The notes below the pieces were generated by a model. It was not told where the DNA came from. It was given only the letters and a program-made list of their open reading frames with translations, and ran no database searches. Position numbers and translations under genes: made by a program. A stretch of DNA of 23,533 nucleotides, taken from NCBI GenBank assembly GCA_036231405.1, contig JAZAHK010000005.1:1-23533 (forward strand). The letters are read 5' to 3'. Positions 9,077 to 17,814 of the stretch are shown here, piece by piece. Each line of letters begins with the position of its first letter. The first letter of the stretch is position 1. The DNA is from Nitrospinota bacterium (GTDB taxonomy: Bacteria; UBA8248).

Positions 9077-9101
9077 AAAAAAACTAATCTCTAGAAATTA
9101 G
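9077..9101 (-). terminator. Possible weak intrinsic terminator between convergent etfA and cyclase genes
   Basis: Near-palindrome CTAAT-C-TCTAGA-A-ATTAG (9084-9101) followed on the minus strand by T7. The stem is AT-rich and weak. Confidence 0.3.
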
Positions 9102-9103
9102 AA

Positions 9104-9793
9104 TTAATCCTCAAGTATGGCGATTGCCCTAATAGGGCTGCCCGTACCACCAGAGAACTTGAGTGGGAATCCAACAAAAAGAAATTCACCGACCCCTATC
9201 AAGGATTCTAAATTACATAAGCTTTCCATGTGAGTTATATTTTTCTCCCAACAAGCTTTATGCACTAAAGAATTAATATCTCCCTCTGGACCAGGCCTCA
9301 TCGAGTCAATCCCAAAACTAACTATTCCTTGATCTGCAAGCCATTCTGTGGCTTCTACATTTACACCAGGATTGTCATTAGAATAAGCAGGTGTAGGGAA
9401 AGTTCTTTCATGATGACCAGTACAAAGTAATATTGTGCCGCCTTTAGGTATAGAGACTCCAGTTTTTTGGACTGCTTCTTCAAGATGAGTTGAAGTAATC
9501 TCGCTTCTAGGTGGAATATGCTGGAGGTCAACACAGATCCCCTTTACATAACAATTATCAAGAGGATATTCATCAATACTGGTGGCATCTTTATGGAAAT
9601 GTCTAGGGGCATCCAAATGAGTTCCACCATGATCAGGCATGCTGAAGTAGTGTACGGAGTTTCCCCATACATTTCCTGAGTCTACGAGTGCTTCTTCATG
9701 CGACTTCCATACTCCCTTTATTATAGGAGGTTGACCAGGATAATTTGGAGCCCTATGAAAAATCTCCCTAGTTAAATCTATAAATTTTGGCAT
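9104..9793 (-). CDS. Cyclase-family metal-dependent hydrolase (kynurenine formamidase/isatin hydrolase fold)
   Basis: HGGTHLDAPRH (HxGTHxDxPxH), GID, H..., E.L.NL, PLK..GG.GSP.RA. ATG at 9793 lies 8 nt after AAGGAG. Confidence 0.92.
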   Translation of the reverse strand: MPKFIDLTREIFHRAPNYPGQPPIIKGVWKSHEEALVDSGNVWGNSVHYFSMPDHGGTHLDAPRHFHKDATSIDEYPLDNCYVKGICVDLQHIPPRSEITSTHLEEAVQKTGVSIPKGGTILLCTGHHERTFPTPAYSNDNPGVNVEATEWLADQGIVSFGIDSMRPGPEGDINSLVHKACWEKNITHMESLCNLESLIGVGEFLFVGFPLKFSGGTGSPIRAIAILED

Positions 9794-9808
9794 ATTAAAC
9801 ACTCCTTT

Positions 9809-11041
9809 TTATAAAGTACATTTCAAAATATGAAGACCGTGATTTTTATCGGTAACGTATATATAGCCTCTTCTATCTACTAGAACATCTTCACTTTGAG
9901 TTACTAACGTTTCAGGAAGCAGTCCTAATCTTTTTGTTGGATCTGAAGGGATATAATAAGCTATCTCTCTTGGAAGATTTGGATCTGAAATATCATAAAT
10001 ACGTAATCCCGCGTTAAAATAAGTAAGATATATCCTGTCCTCTCCTTGCTCCAAACAATCTAGCCCTTGAGCATGATGCTGATTATGCGGACCAAAACGC
10101 CCTCCCCTTTCACAGAAATTTTTATGGGTATATCCTTTAGGAGGTTCAGGAACAGGAAATAAACTCTTCAAACAAGGATTCTTTTCATCACTTATATCTA
10201 TGATAGCCGTGTAGTTAAGAGGCTCATCACATTTCTCTTTTAAGGCCTCACTATTAGCAATGGCAAAACCTTTAGAAAAATAAGGATAAACTGTATGCAC
10301 TGCAATCGCACTTCCAAGAGGGGGATATACATTCAATCTACTTACAAACGTTGGGTTATTAATATCCTCAATATTTACAACAACCATCCCTCCCCTTGCA
10401 TAAGGGAGATATGCTCTCCCATTTTCTGCATGGGCAGGTCCATGCTGAAAAATTCTAAGACCCTCTTGCAGTTCTTTACTCTCTCCTTCTTTCTGTTCTG
10501 GCAAAGAAAATTTCGAGACCTCCTTAGGAGAACGTGGATCACTCACATCAAGAATCCTATAAATCTGACCGTCATAGCCTGAGCAACAAGCGGAAAGATG
10601 AGCGTACTTTCCTCCATTATAGAAATTTCTATGAGTCCCATCCGAACCAGTTTCCCAATGAGAGAGCAGTTTTGGCATGGCAGGATCAGAAGAAACATCC
10701 CATATAAAAACTCCCTCTGCCTCAGGTGGGTCATCAGGTCTAGTACCCCATCCCGGTGGAATTTTTTCAAGTGAAGTTATAAGTAAACCCTCTGCGACTT
10801 GCACTTGCAACGTCCAAGTATTATCTGGTCCTTCTATAAAATTCAAATATTCAGGTCTATCAGGTTCAGTTACATCTAAAATACTCCAACCACTGACCCA
10901 AAAATGAGACAAATACAAATAAAAACGTCCGTCTACTTCTTGCATAGCAATTTTAAAAGCCGGTCTATCTTTTAAATCATGGTAACCAACCAGATTAATA
11001 TTCTCTGATGCAATCGCCGCTGGAGCCTGAGAAACACTCAA
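9809..11041 (-). CDS. LVIVD-repeat beta-propeller protein
   Basis: Repeated (I/V)(L/W/Y)D(V/I)S(D)P..P motifs: ILDVTEP, IWDVSSDP, ILDVSDP, IIDISDE, IYDISDP. No signal peptide. Confidence 0.8.
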   Translation of the reverse strand: MSVSQAPAAIASENINLVGYHDLKDRPAFKIAMQEVDGRFYLYLSHFWVSGWSILDVTEPDRPEYLNFIEGPDNTWTLQVQVAEGLLITSLEKIPPGWGTRPDDPPEAEGVFIWDVSSDPAMPKLLSHWETGSDGTHRNFYNGGKYAHLSACCSGYDGQIYRILDVSDPRSPKEVSKFSLPEQKEGESKELQEGLRIFQHGPAHAENGRAYLPYARGGMVVVNIEDINNPTFVSRLNVYPPLGSAIAVHTVYPYFSKGFAIANSEALKEKCDEPLNYTAIIDISDEKNPCLKSLFPVPEPPKGYTHKNFCERGGRFGPHNQHHAQGLDCLEQGEDRIYLTYFNAGLRIYDISDPNLPREIAYYIPSDPTKRLGLLPETLVTQSEDVLVDRRGYIYVTDKNHGLHILKCTL

Positions 11042-11070
11042 AACATCCTCCTCTCTTTTTTTAAATAAAT

Positions 11071-11865
11071 CTAATACCGAGTTGTGCTACAACCTCCGCC
11101 ATCAATAATAATAGATTCTCCCGTAATACAAGAAGAAAGATCCGAACAAAGAAACAAAACCGTCTTGGCACAATCATCTGGGGCAACAAATCTACCCATA
11201 GGAATACTTGCCAATCTCTCTTTTTCTATATCTGCTACTGATTTCCCTGTGTAGTCGGAAATTCTTTTATTTTGCATATCCATACGCGGCGTTTTCGTTG
11301 AACCTGGATTAATTAAATTTACACGTATGTTATCAGGAGCTAATCGCTTAGCAAGCAAATGCTTATAGGCGGCGATACCTGCATTAGGGATACATCCTGA
11401 ACCCTGCAAAGATGCAGAGTGTAGTTGGCTGAGTCCTGCAGTGAAAATTATGGAACCCCCGCCCCTTTTCTTCATAAAAGGAACAACCAAACGTGCAAGA
11501 CGAATTGCAGAGCGTAATTTCAAATCAAATGCAATATCAATTTCTTCATCTGTTGTATCTAACGGATCTGTTCTCCTACTTACACCCGCAACATTAACCA
11601 AAAAATCTATGCCTCCAAATTCATCAATACATTTATCAACTACTAATTCACATGCATTACTCTCTGTAAGATCAACTGGGACAGCAATAGATTTCCCGCC
11701 ATTTTCATTGATATCGGCAACATTTCTTTTTAAATTTTCCCCATTTCTTGCGGCCAAAACCACTGAAGCACCCGCACGACTTAACCACTGTGCACAACCC
11801 ATACCTATGCCCTGACTTGCCCCAGTTACAATCGCATTTTTTCCACTTAAATCAATGTTTATCAT
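11071..11865 (-). CDS. Short-chain dehydrogenase/reductase (atypical active site)
   Basis: TGASQGIG, VDL, NVAG, IRVN.INPG...T, IPMGR, ITG..I.IDGG. No YxxxK at the usual position. Confidence 0.9.
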   Translation of the reverse strand: MINIDLSGKNAIVTGASQGIGMGCAQWLSRAGASVVLAARNGENLKRNVADINENGGKSIAVPVDLTESNACELVVDKCIDEFGGIDFLVNVAGVSRRTDPLDTTDEEIDIAFDLKLRSAIRLARLVVPFMKKRGGGSIIFTAGLSQLHSASLQGSGCIPNAGIAAYKHLLAKRLAPDNIRVNLINPGSTKTPRMDMQNKRISDYTGKSVADIEKERLASIPMGRFVAPDDCAKTVLFLCSDLSSCITGESIIIDGGGCSTTRY

Positions 11866-11913
11866 TTTTCCCCCACAAAAAAAGAAGAAAGAAAATATTT
11901 CGAATTATTAAAT

Positions 11914-12894
11914 TTAAAAAAAATAAGTACGATTTTTTAATCTTGGATACATATGTGAAACCAAATCAGAATACCCATTAAAAATTTCAGTCTTTCTCAC
12001 CCGATTGGTTCCTAGCATTCTCTCGAACTTTTGAGACCATCTTGGATGATCAAAATCAGGATTAACATTTGCCCAGAAGCCGTATTCATTCGGTTGCGCT
12101 GTCTCCCAAAATGTTTTGGGTCTTCTCTCTACAAAATCTATAGATACAATCGATTTTATACTTTTAAATCCATATTTCCATGGTACGACTAATCGAATTG
12201 GCGCACCATGTTGTTTTGGCAATGATTTCCCATAAATTCCCACAGCCATAAAAGCAAGTTCATTCATTGCTTCTTTGATTGTAAGACATTCGACATAAGG
12301 CCAAGGATACCAAGTCTGGAGTTGCCCTAATGCAATTTTACGATTTAAAAAAGTAGTAAAGACAACATATTTTGCTCGACTAGATGGGACTACTTTTTTA
12401 ACAAATTCCGACAACGGAAATCCTACCCAAGGAACTGCCATTGCCCACGCTTCAACACATCGAAACCTATACAATCTTTCTTCTAAAGACATAAGACTTA
12501 TGAGACGATCAATATCGAAAAGAATCTTTTTTTTCACAAGGCCGTCTACAAGAACTTGCCAAGATTTCACTTTGAGTCTTTGTGCAAGCCATGCAATATT
12601 TTTAGTCGGACCAAATTCAAAAAAATTATTATACCTAGCGGCAATTATTTTTTTAGTAAGAGGCCGATCCAAACGGTATTTGTTATTTCTGGATACATCG
12701 ATAAATCTCTCTTTATCGCCAATCAAATTCGAATCATTATCCCTAGTTTGCCCATAGGCATTAGAAATTGAAGAGGAACCAAGGACAAATGAACTTAATG
12801 CATATTTAACGAAATCTCTTCTCTTTAAATAAACATCTTCTGGAGTAGCGAATGATTCTTTAATTTTCCACTTGGATTTTGAGTAAGTATTCAT
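11914..12894 (-). CDS. msrP: Protein-methionine-sulfoxide reductase catalytic subunit (Tat-exported molybdoenzyme)
   Basis: TPE..Y..RRDF Tat signal, YNNF.EFG, EER.YRFRCVEAW, PWPYVE.L...EAM, GAPIRLVVPWKYGFKSIK, EYGFWANVNP..DHPRWSQ. Confidence 0.95.
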   Translation of the reverse strand: MNTYSKSKWKIKESFATPEDVYLKRRDFVKYALSSFVLGSSSISNAYGQTRDNDSNLIGDKERFIDVSRNNKYRLDRPLTKKIIAARYNNFFEFGPTKNIAWLAQRLKVKSWQVLVDGLVKKKILFDIDRLISLMSLEERLYRFRCVEAWAMAVPWVGFPLSEFVKKVVPSSRAKYVVFTTFLNRKIALGQLQTWYPWPYVECLTIKEAMNELAFMAVGIYGKSLPKQHGAPIRLVVPWKYGFKSIKSIVSIDFVERRPKTFWETAQPNEYGFWANVNPDFDHPRWSQKFERMLGTNRVRKTEIFNGYSDLVSHMYPRLKNRTYFF

Positions 12895-12919
12895 AATTCC
12901 AGAAATTCTGATAAAATTT

Positions 12920-14158
12920 TTAATCCTGCAACAACAATTTATCGCAGTACGGTGCCCGAGTCATATAAACCGGTTCATCTTCAGTTACGAGAATATGATC
13001 TTCTATTCGAACTCCCGCCCCTCCTGGTATCCCATCAACAAAGATTAGAGGCTCAATAGCAAAAGTCATTCCAGGCTCAAATTCGACTTTTTCAGCCCCA
13101 GGCATTACTTCCCCAACATAAGGGGGCTCATTTGGGGATATCCCACATCCGTGACCTATGAATAATTTTATAAAATTATTCTCCAATCCAGCAGAACGCG
13201 CAACTTCAATGAATTCTTGTGTAGAATCGTCATTAGTATATCCAGGTTTCATCTTTGCGATTCCAGCCTTTAGAGCCTTATATACAGTAGTATATACTTT
13301 TTGTTGCATTGGATGAGGAGGTCCTCCGGCCAAAGTTGCTCTCCCACAGTCTCCAAAGTACCCGTTCCAACATGCTCCAATATCTATAAAGACAACATCA
13401 CCATTACGGATTATTTTATCTGTTGGAAAACGCGTTGGAGGAGCCATATGCTCACCAGAAGCAACAAAAGGTGAGGCAAGATGCCCAAATTCTCCACCAT
13501 GGGTAAAAAGAGTTTTCATTGCTTCAGCAGCCACATCGTATTCTCTAACACCAGGCTTTGAATTCTCAATTGCAGTCATTGTCACAGAATCTGCAATAGC
13601 ACAAGCCTGCATTAAACACGCAACCTCGTCAGGGGTTTTATTAATACGACTTAGATACATAAACCTTTCCCCGTCAACAAATTTAGCCTCGGGCAAATGT
13701 TTCTCTAATGCTGATCTTTGCATAAACGTATGACCATCCAACCCAATTGTTTTATTTGCAACATCCCAATCCTTTAGACGAGGGAGAATTTCATCTTTAA
13801 CGGTCAAATCAACCAAACCCGGTTCTTCAAGAATCCCAATTGGAACATAGTCTTTAATCCAAGGCATACATTGTTCAATCCGATGTGCTTCTCCCGACGA
13901 TGCAAGTAATGTAGGATCTCCTTCTTGATGAAGTAAAACGCCGTAGGTCGTTGAAGACCTGTACTGAATCATGATTGCTCTTAAACTCGTCAAATACCGA
14001 ACATTTTCATCTTTCCACAAAACAAGTGCATCTATCCCTTGTTCTTTCATTGCATCCTGAGTTTTTTGAATTCTCTCTTTTCTCATACGTTCAAAATCTA
14101 TTCTGTGCTCCCAATCAACCATCATGCTTCCACGCGCCCAGGTCGGATACTTATTCAT
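12920..14158 (-). CDS. M24 (Xaa-Pro peptidase/creatinase fold) metalloenzyme
   Basis: Creatinase-like N domain (NVRYLT), KT.DE, D.G...GY.GD..R, GHG.G, EP, GVRIED.ILVT. Confidence 0.9.
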   Translation of the reverse strand: MNKYPTWARGSMMVDWEHRIDFERMRKERIQKTQDAMKEQGIDALVLWKDENVRYLTSLRAIMIQYRSSTTYGVLLHQEGDPTLLASSGEAHRIEQCMPWIKDYVPIGILEEPGLVDLTVKDEILPRLKDWDVANKTIGLDGHTFMQRSALEKHLPEAKFVDGERFMYLSRINKTPDEVACLMQACAIADSVTMTAIENSKPGVREYDVAAEAMKTLFTHGGEFGHLASPFVASGEHMAPPTRFPTDKIIRNGDVVFIDIGACWNGYFGDCGRATLAGGPPHPMQQKVYTTVYKALKAGIAKMKPGYTNDDSTQEFIEVARSAGLENNFIKLFIGHGCGISPNEPPYVGEVMPGAEKVEFEPGMTFAIEPLIFVDGIPGGAGVRIEDHILVTEDEPVYMTRAPYCDKLLLQD

Positions 14159-14196
14159 TTACATGGCCTCCGCTTAATAATAAAAAAATATACAAG

Positions 14197-15195
14197 TCAA
14201 ATTATATGTTTTAAATTCATCAATACTTCGAATGCATTTTTTTCTGAGATAGAATCTGGAATTCTTAAAATTGGCTGTGTAATACCTATCGAGTCAAGAG
14301 CATTTAATTTACTTTTAACCTCTTCTATGGTTCCACATACAACTAAATCTTCAAGGAGATGGTCTTGCATTGCATCTGCAGCCCCTTCACGTCCATTTTT
14401 TTTCCAGCCATCTCTGATTAGATTAGCTTCTTTCCCGTACCCCCACCTAGTAAGCTGGGCATGATAATAATTCCCCATAGCCCCAATATAGAATGCTAAA
14501 TCTGGCTTAATTTTATTTCTAGCTTTTTTAGAGTCTTCGTCAGTACAATAATAAATAAAGGGAGCCACATCCATGTCTCCTATTTTTCGACCACTCTTAA
14601 GAAGACCTTCTTGCAATGGTGCCATAGCTTCCTTGAATCTACTGAATGGGACACAAAAGGGAATCCAACCGTCCGCAATCTCTCCACATATTTTGATGTT
14701 TTTAGGACCATTCGCAGCCAAGTACAAAGGTATTCTTTGCTGCAGAGGCTTCCTCCTTAGAGAGAAACCTTTCAGGCTAATCGTTTCACCATAAAAGTCT
14801 ATTCGATCTCCAGAAAATATTTTTCTTAAAACGTCAAATACTTCACGAGTACGTGTAAGTGATTTTGTGAAACTTACTGAATGCCAATTTTCATTTATTA
14901 GTTTGCCACTTACTCCTAAACCTAAATCAAAACGACCTTTGGAAAGATGATCAATTTCAGAAGACGTCTGTGCTAAAAAACCAGGAGTACGACTAAAAAG
15001 ATTAAAGACTGCAGAACCAATTCTAATATCTTTTGTTGCAAGAGCAGCAACTGCGAGTTGAACAGAAGCATCTCGAACCCAAGTCTCAGGAATCCATAGA
15101 GCATGGGCTCCAGATTTTTCAACCTCTTCAGAAAATTTCGAAATAGATTCTGCACTTATCTGATCGAAATTCCACAGCAAAACTCCTGTTTTCAT
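14197..15195 (-). CDS. Luciferase-like (LLM) oxidoreductase, probably F420-dependent
   Basis: WIPETW.RDA, N.FSRTP..LAQT, S.GRF.LGLG.SG, WH, AANGPK, ADGW. Confidence 0.85.
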   Translation of the reverse strand: MKTGVLLWNFDQISAESISKFSEEVEKSGAHALWIPETWVRDASVQLAVAALATKDIRIGSAVFNLFSRTPGFLAQTSSEIDHLSKGRFDLGLGVSGKLINENWHSVSFTKSLTRTREVFDVLRKIFSGDRIDFYGETISLKGFSLRRKPLQQRIPLYLAANGPKNIKICGEIADGWIPFCVPFSRFKEAMAPLQEGLLKSGRKIGDMDVAPFIYYCTDEDSKKARNKIKPDLAFYIGAMGNYYHAQLTRWGYGKEANLIRDGWKKNGREGAADAMQDHLLEDLVVCGTIEEVKSKLNALDSIGITQPILRIPDSISEKNAFEVLMNLKHII

Positions 15196-15371
15196 TTTTC
15201 CTCTCTAAAAAGAAAATCTCCAACATTCTATATAAAAACAATGTATCCTCAATATAAACATTTTTAAATAATTTGCATAAACAAAAAAAATATTTTTACG
15301 AATGTGAACTTTTTGGACTGACAAAAAAATTATAAAAGGTTAATATGGTTAATTATTTGAATTTAGACTAT

Positions 15372-15401
15372 TTGACTTCTTACATTTAGTAGATATAGAA
15401 T
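15372..15401 (+). promoter_or_regulatory. Putative sigma70 promoter of the HU gene
   Basis: TTGACT (15372-15377), 18-bp spacer, TAGAAT (15396-15401). Confidence 0.5.
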
Positions 15402-15479
15402 GGTCTACGTTTTCAAAACCCAAACAATCTGCACTTATTTTATAAACTGGTGCTATCAAATAATCGGAGGTTTTTTCCT

Positions 15480-15752
15480 ATGCATAAAGTAGATTTACAA
15501 GAAAAGATTGCAAGCGAAGCAGGGATCTCAAAAGCTGCGGCAGGCCGTGCAATAGATTCTATCCTAGGGAACATTACAAAAGCGCTCAAAAATGGTGATA
15601 GTGTTTCTCTAGTGGGCTTTGGAACATTCAAAATCTCCAATCGTTCTGCTAGAGTTGGAAGAAACCCTAGAACAGGCGAGGCAATACAAATCAATGCAAG
15701 CAAATCCCCTAGATTTTCAGCTGGGAAATCACTGAAGAACGCTGTCAATTAG
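15480..15752 (+). CDS. hup: DNA-binding protein HU (90 aa)
   Basis: M.K.DL...[33 protein letters not shown] at 15480 follows CGGAGG. Confidence 0.96.
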   Translation: MHKVDLQEKIASEAGISKAAAGRAIDSILGNITKALKNGDSVSLVGFGTFKISNRSARVGRNPRTGEAIQINASKSPRFSAGKSLKNAVN

Positions 15753-15774
15753 TTTTTCAGTTTTTGGTTTGTTT

Positions 15775-16881
15775 TTAGCAAGAGATTTTTAGGATTTTCT
15801 TTAGAGTTTCAAGGAATATTTCAATCTCTCTTAGGGTACCTACCGTTACTCTTATCCACTCTTTATTCTCAAAGACTGAGCCGGGTCTTACAATGACCCC
15901 TTGGGCCATGAGTTCGTTTGAAACTTTATCACCATCACCCACTTGAACAAAAATAAAATTTGCTTGACTCTCGATAAAATTAATTCCTAGACGATTAAAA
16001 CCAGAGTATAAAAGTTCCCTTCCTTCCTTAACCATTCTCACGACCTTATCTTTAAATTCTGCATCATTAAGAGCAAAAAGTGATGCGGATTGAGCCACTG
16101 AATTCACATTAAATGGTTCTCTCACCCGGTTCATATAACCGACAAGTTCATCATTTCCTATTCCATATCCCACTCTTAGACCAGCCAAGCCAAATGTTTT
16201 AGAGAACGATCTAAGTATGAAAAGAGGATTGTTTTCAAACATGGAAATTGTGTCAACTCTTTTTTCTTCTTCAACAAAATCCACATAAGCTTCGTCAAGA
16301 AGAACCAAAACATTCTCAGGCAAAGAATCAAGGAAATTCAGTAATTGTTCTTCTGACAAAATCTTGCCAGTAGGATTGTTAGGGCTGCACAAAAAAATCA
16401 ATTTTGTTTTTTTTGACACTCTCTCTAAAACTGTATCCAAGTCAATATTGAAGTTGTCCAATCCAATAAATATTGGGACCGCGCCCATCAAACGACTTAC
16501 ATGTTCGTAGGGAGCAAAACTTGGTGATGGAAGAATTACTTCATCACCCTCATTAAGAATAGTTCTTGAGAGAACAGAAAGTACGTCATCTCCTCCATTC
16601 CCAATAAAAATCGAACAACTGTCCACTTTATCGTAAATTCCTAAAGATTCCCGCAAAGATTTTACTCCACTATCGGGGTAACGATGAATCTTTGAAAGCG
16701 TAGAAGATAGATCAGAAATTGCTAAGGGAGAGGGGCCCAAAGGGTTCTCATTACTAGCTAGTTTTATGATCCCGTTTTTTAAACCAAATTCCTTTTGGAC
16801 ATCTTCTATAGATCGACCAGGTACATAAGGCTCTAGTGAAATTACGCCTTTTCTAAGCATTATATTTGAATTAAATGACAT
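15775..16881 (-). CDS. hisC: Histidinol-phosphate aminotransferase
   Basis: Y.PG, KLASNENPLGPS, RYPD, GNG.D, PNNPTG, DEAY, RSFSK.FGLAGLRVGY, RVTVGT. The likely start is ATG 16881 after AAAGG. Confidence 0.95.
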   Translation of the reverse strand: MSFNSNIMLRKGVISLEPYVPGRSIEDVQKEFGLKNGIIKLASNENPLGPSPLAISDLSSTLSKIHRYPDSGVKSLRESLGIYDKVDSCSIFIGNGGDDVLSVLSRTILNEGDEVILPSPSFAPYEHVSRLMGAVPIFIGLDNFNIDLDTVLERVSKKTKLIFLCSPNNPTGKILSEEQLLNFLDSLPENVLVLLDEAYVDFVEEEKRVDTISMFENNPLFILRSFSKTFGLAGLRVGYGIGNDELVGYMNRVREPFNVNSVAQSASLFALNDAEFKDKVVRMVKEGRELLYSGFNRLGINFIESQANFIFVQVGDGDKVSNELMAQGVIVRPGSVFENKEWIRVTVGTLREIEIFLETLKKILKISC

Positions 16882-17083
16882 GAAAAAGACCTTTCTAATT
16901 CGACAAATTAGGTTTTCACATTCTAAGATTATAATCAAGATTAAAGAAAAACAAGTAGTAACTAAAGCGAATACTTTTTAAATTTCATATTGAGCAAGAA
17001 TCATTGTTTATGTAAATTCTATGACTCAACAAGTCTGTAATAGATGACATGATCTGATAAAACAAGCAAGGATCGTAAATGAA

Positions 17084-17326
17084 ATGAAAATTACAATTGG
17101 TCTTTTCGCAAACTTTGAAGAAAGAATGCCTTTAAATACTAATGAAGAAGGAGTAGCCAAAATTCATATCCCAGAAAATTCAAATGTATCTTATGTGTTG
17201 AAAGTTTTCGATATACCAGAAGAAGAAGCTTATATTGTACTCATTAATGGAAGACACGCAAAGAAAAACTTCATCTTACACGATGGGGATGAAATGTATG
17301 TATTCCCTGCGATTGTAGGAGGTTGA
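17084..17326 (+). CDS. MoaD/ThiS-family ubiquitin-like sulfur carrier
   Basis: 80 aa, LFA, ING, L.DGDE, FP.I.GG C-terminal diglycine. Confidence 0.9.
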   Translation: MKITIGLFANFEERMPLNTNEEGVAKIHIPENSNVSYVLKVFDIPEEEAYIVLINGRHAKKNFILHDGDEMYVFPAIVGG

Positions 17327-17334
17327 TTTTTATT

Positions 17335-17814
17335 TCATTTCTCTTTTTTTAGTTTTACTATAAATGTTATTTCCCCTTCCTGTACTTTTTGTTCCTCTTG
17401 ATTAAACAAAGAAATCGAAAAAGTGATTAAACCTCTTCCCTTTTTACTTTTCCGGCATTTTACCACTTGCAAAATCCCATATACCGTATCATTTAAAAAA
17501 ACAGGTGCTTTAAAACTCCAATTTACACCCAAAAAAGCTTCTAATGTAACTTCTACGATTCCCAACTGTGTTACAAGACCTATCAAAACAGATAATCCTA
17601 ACAAACCGTGCGATATTCTTTTTCCAAAAGGACCTTTTGAAGAAAGAATATCATCCATGTGTAGATAAGTAGAATCTCCAGTTAACTCCGCAAAAGAATT
17701 TACATCAGACTCGGTAATTGTCCTTGAGGAGGTTTCCCAGGTTAATCCATCATTAAAATCTTCAAAAAAAAGCGATTTCCCCATTTTTTCTAGATCTCTC
17801 AATTTTATCGTCAA
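17335..17814 (-). CDS. MaoC-family (R)-specific enoyl-CoA hydratase/dehydratase
   Basis: FFEDF, RTITESDV..FA.LTGD...LH.D, FG.RI.HG, F.APV..NDT. The TTG start overlaps the tonB stop; ATG 17784 is an alternative start. Confidence 0.9.
   Translation of the reverse strand: MTIKLRDLEKMGKSLFFEDFNDGLTWETSSRTITESDVNSFAELTGDSTYLHMDDILSSKGPFGKRISHGLLGLSVLIGLVTQLGIVEVTLEAFLGVNWSFKAPVFLNDTVYGILQVVKCRKSKKGRGLITFSISLFNQEEQKVQEGEITFIVKLKKEK

Noticed and set aside
9104-9793. Assigning kynB to the cyclase-family gene
   Set aside because: The motif is shared family-wide and no kynA or kynU is nearby.
12920-14158. Calling the M24 protein DddP or PepP/PepQ
   Set aside because: Diagnostic catalytic residues of each are substituted, so only a family-level call is supported.
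14156-14172. Start-stop element ATG-TAA directly before the M24 start
   Set aside because: GGAGG is 8 nt from the true ATG and only 2 nt from the first ATG, so it is most simply a normal RBS spacer.
15196-15479. Possible ncRNA or riboswitch in the longest intergenic region
   Set aside because: Very AT-rich with no stable stems or recognisable motif; explained by divergent promoters.
15440-15748. 102-aa ORF antisense to HU, and similar shadow ORFs such as 7261-7629, 4645-5046, 11441-11815 and 14039-14464
   Set aside because: They overlap well-supported genes on the opposite strand and show no recognisable motifs; they are expected antisense frames.
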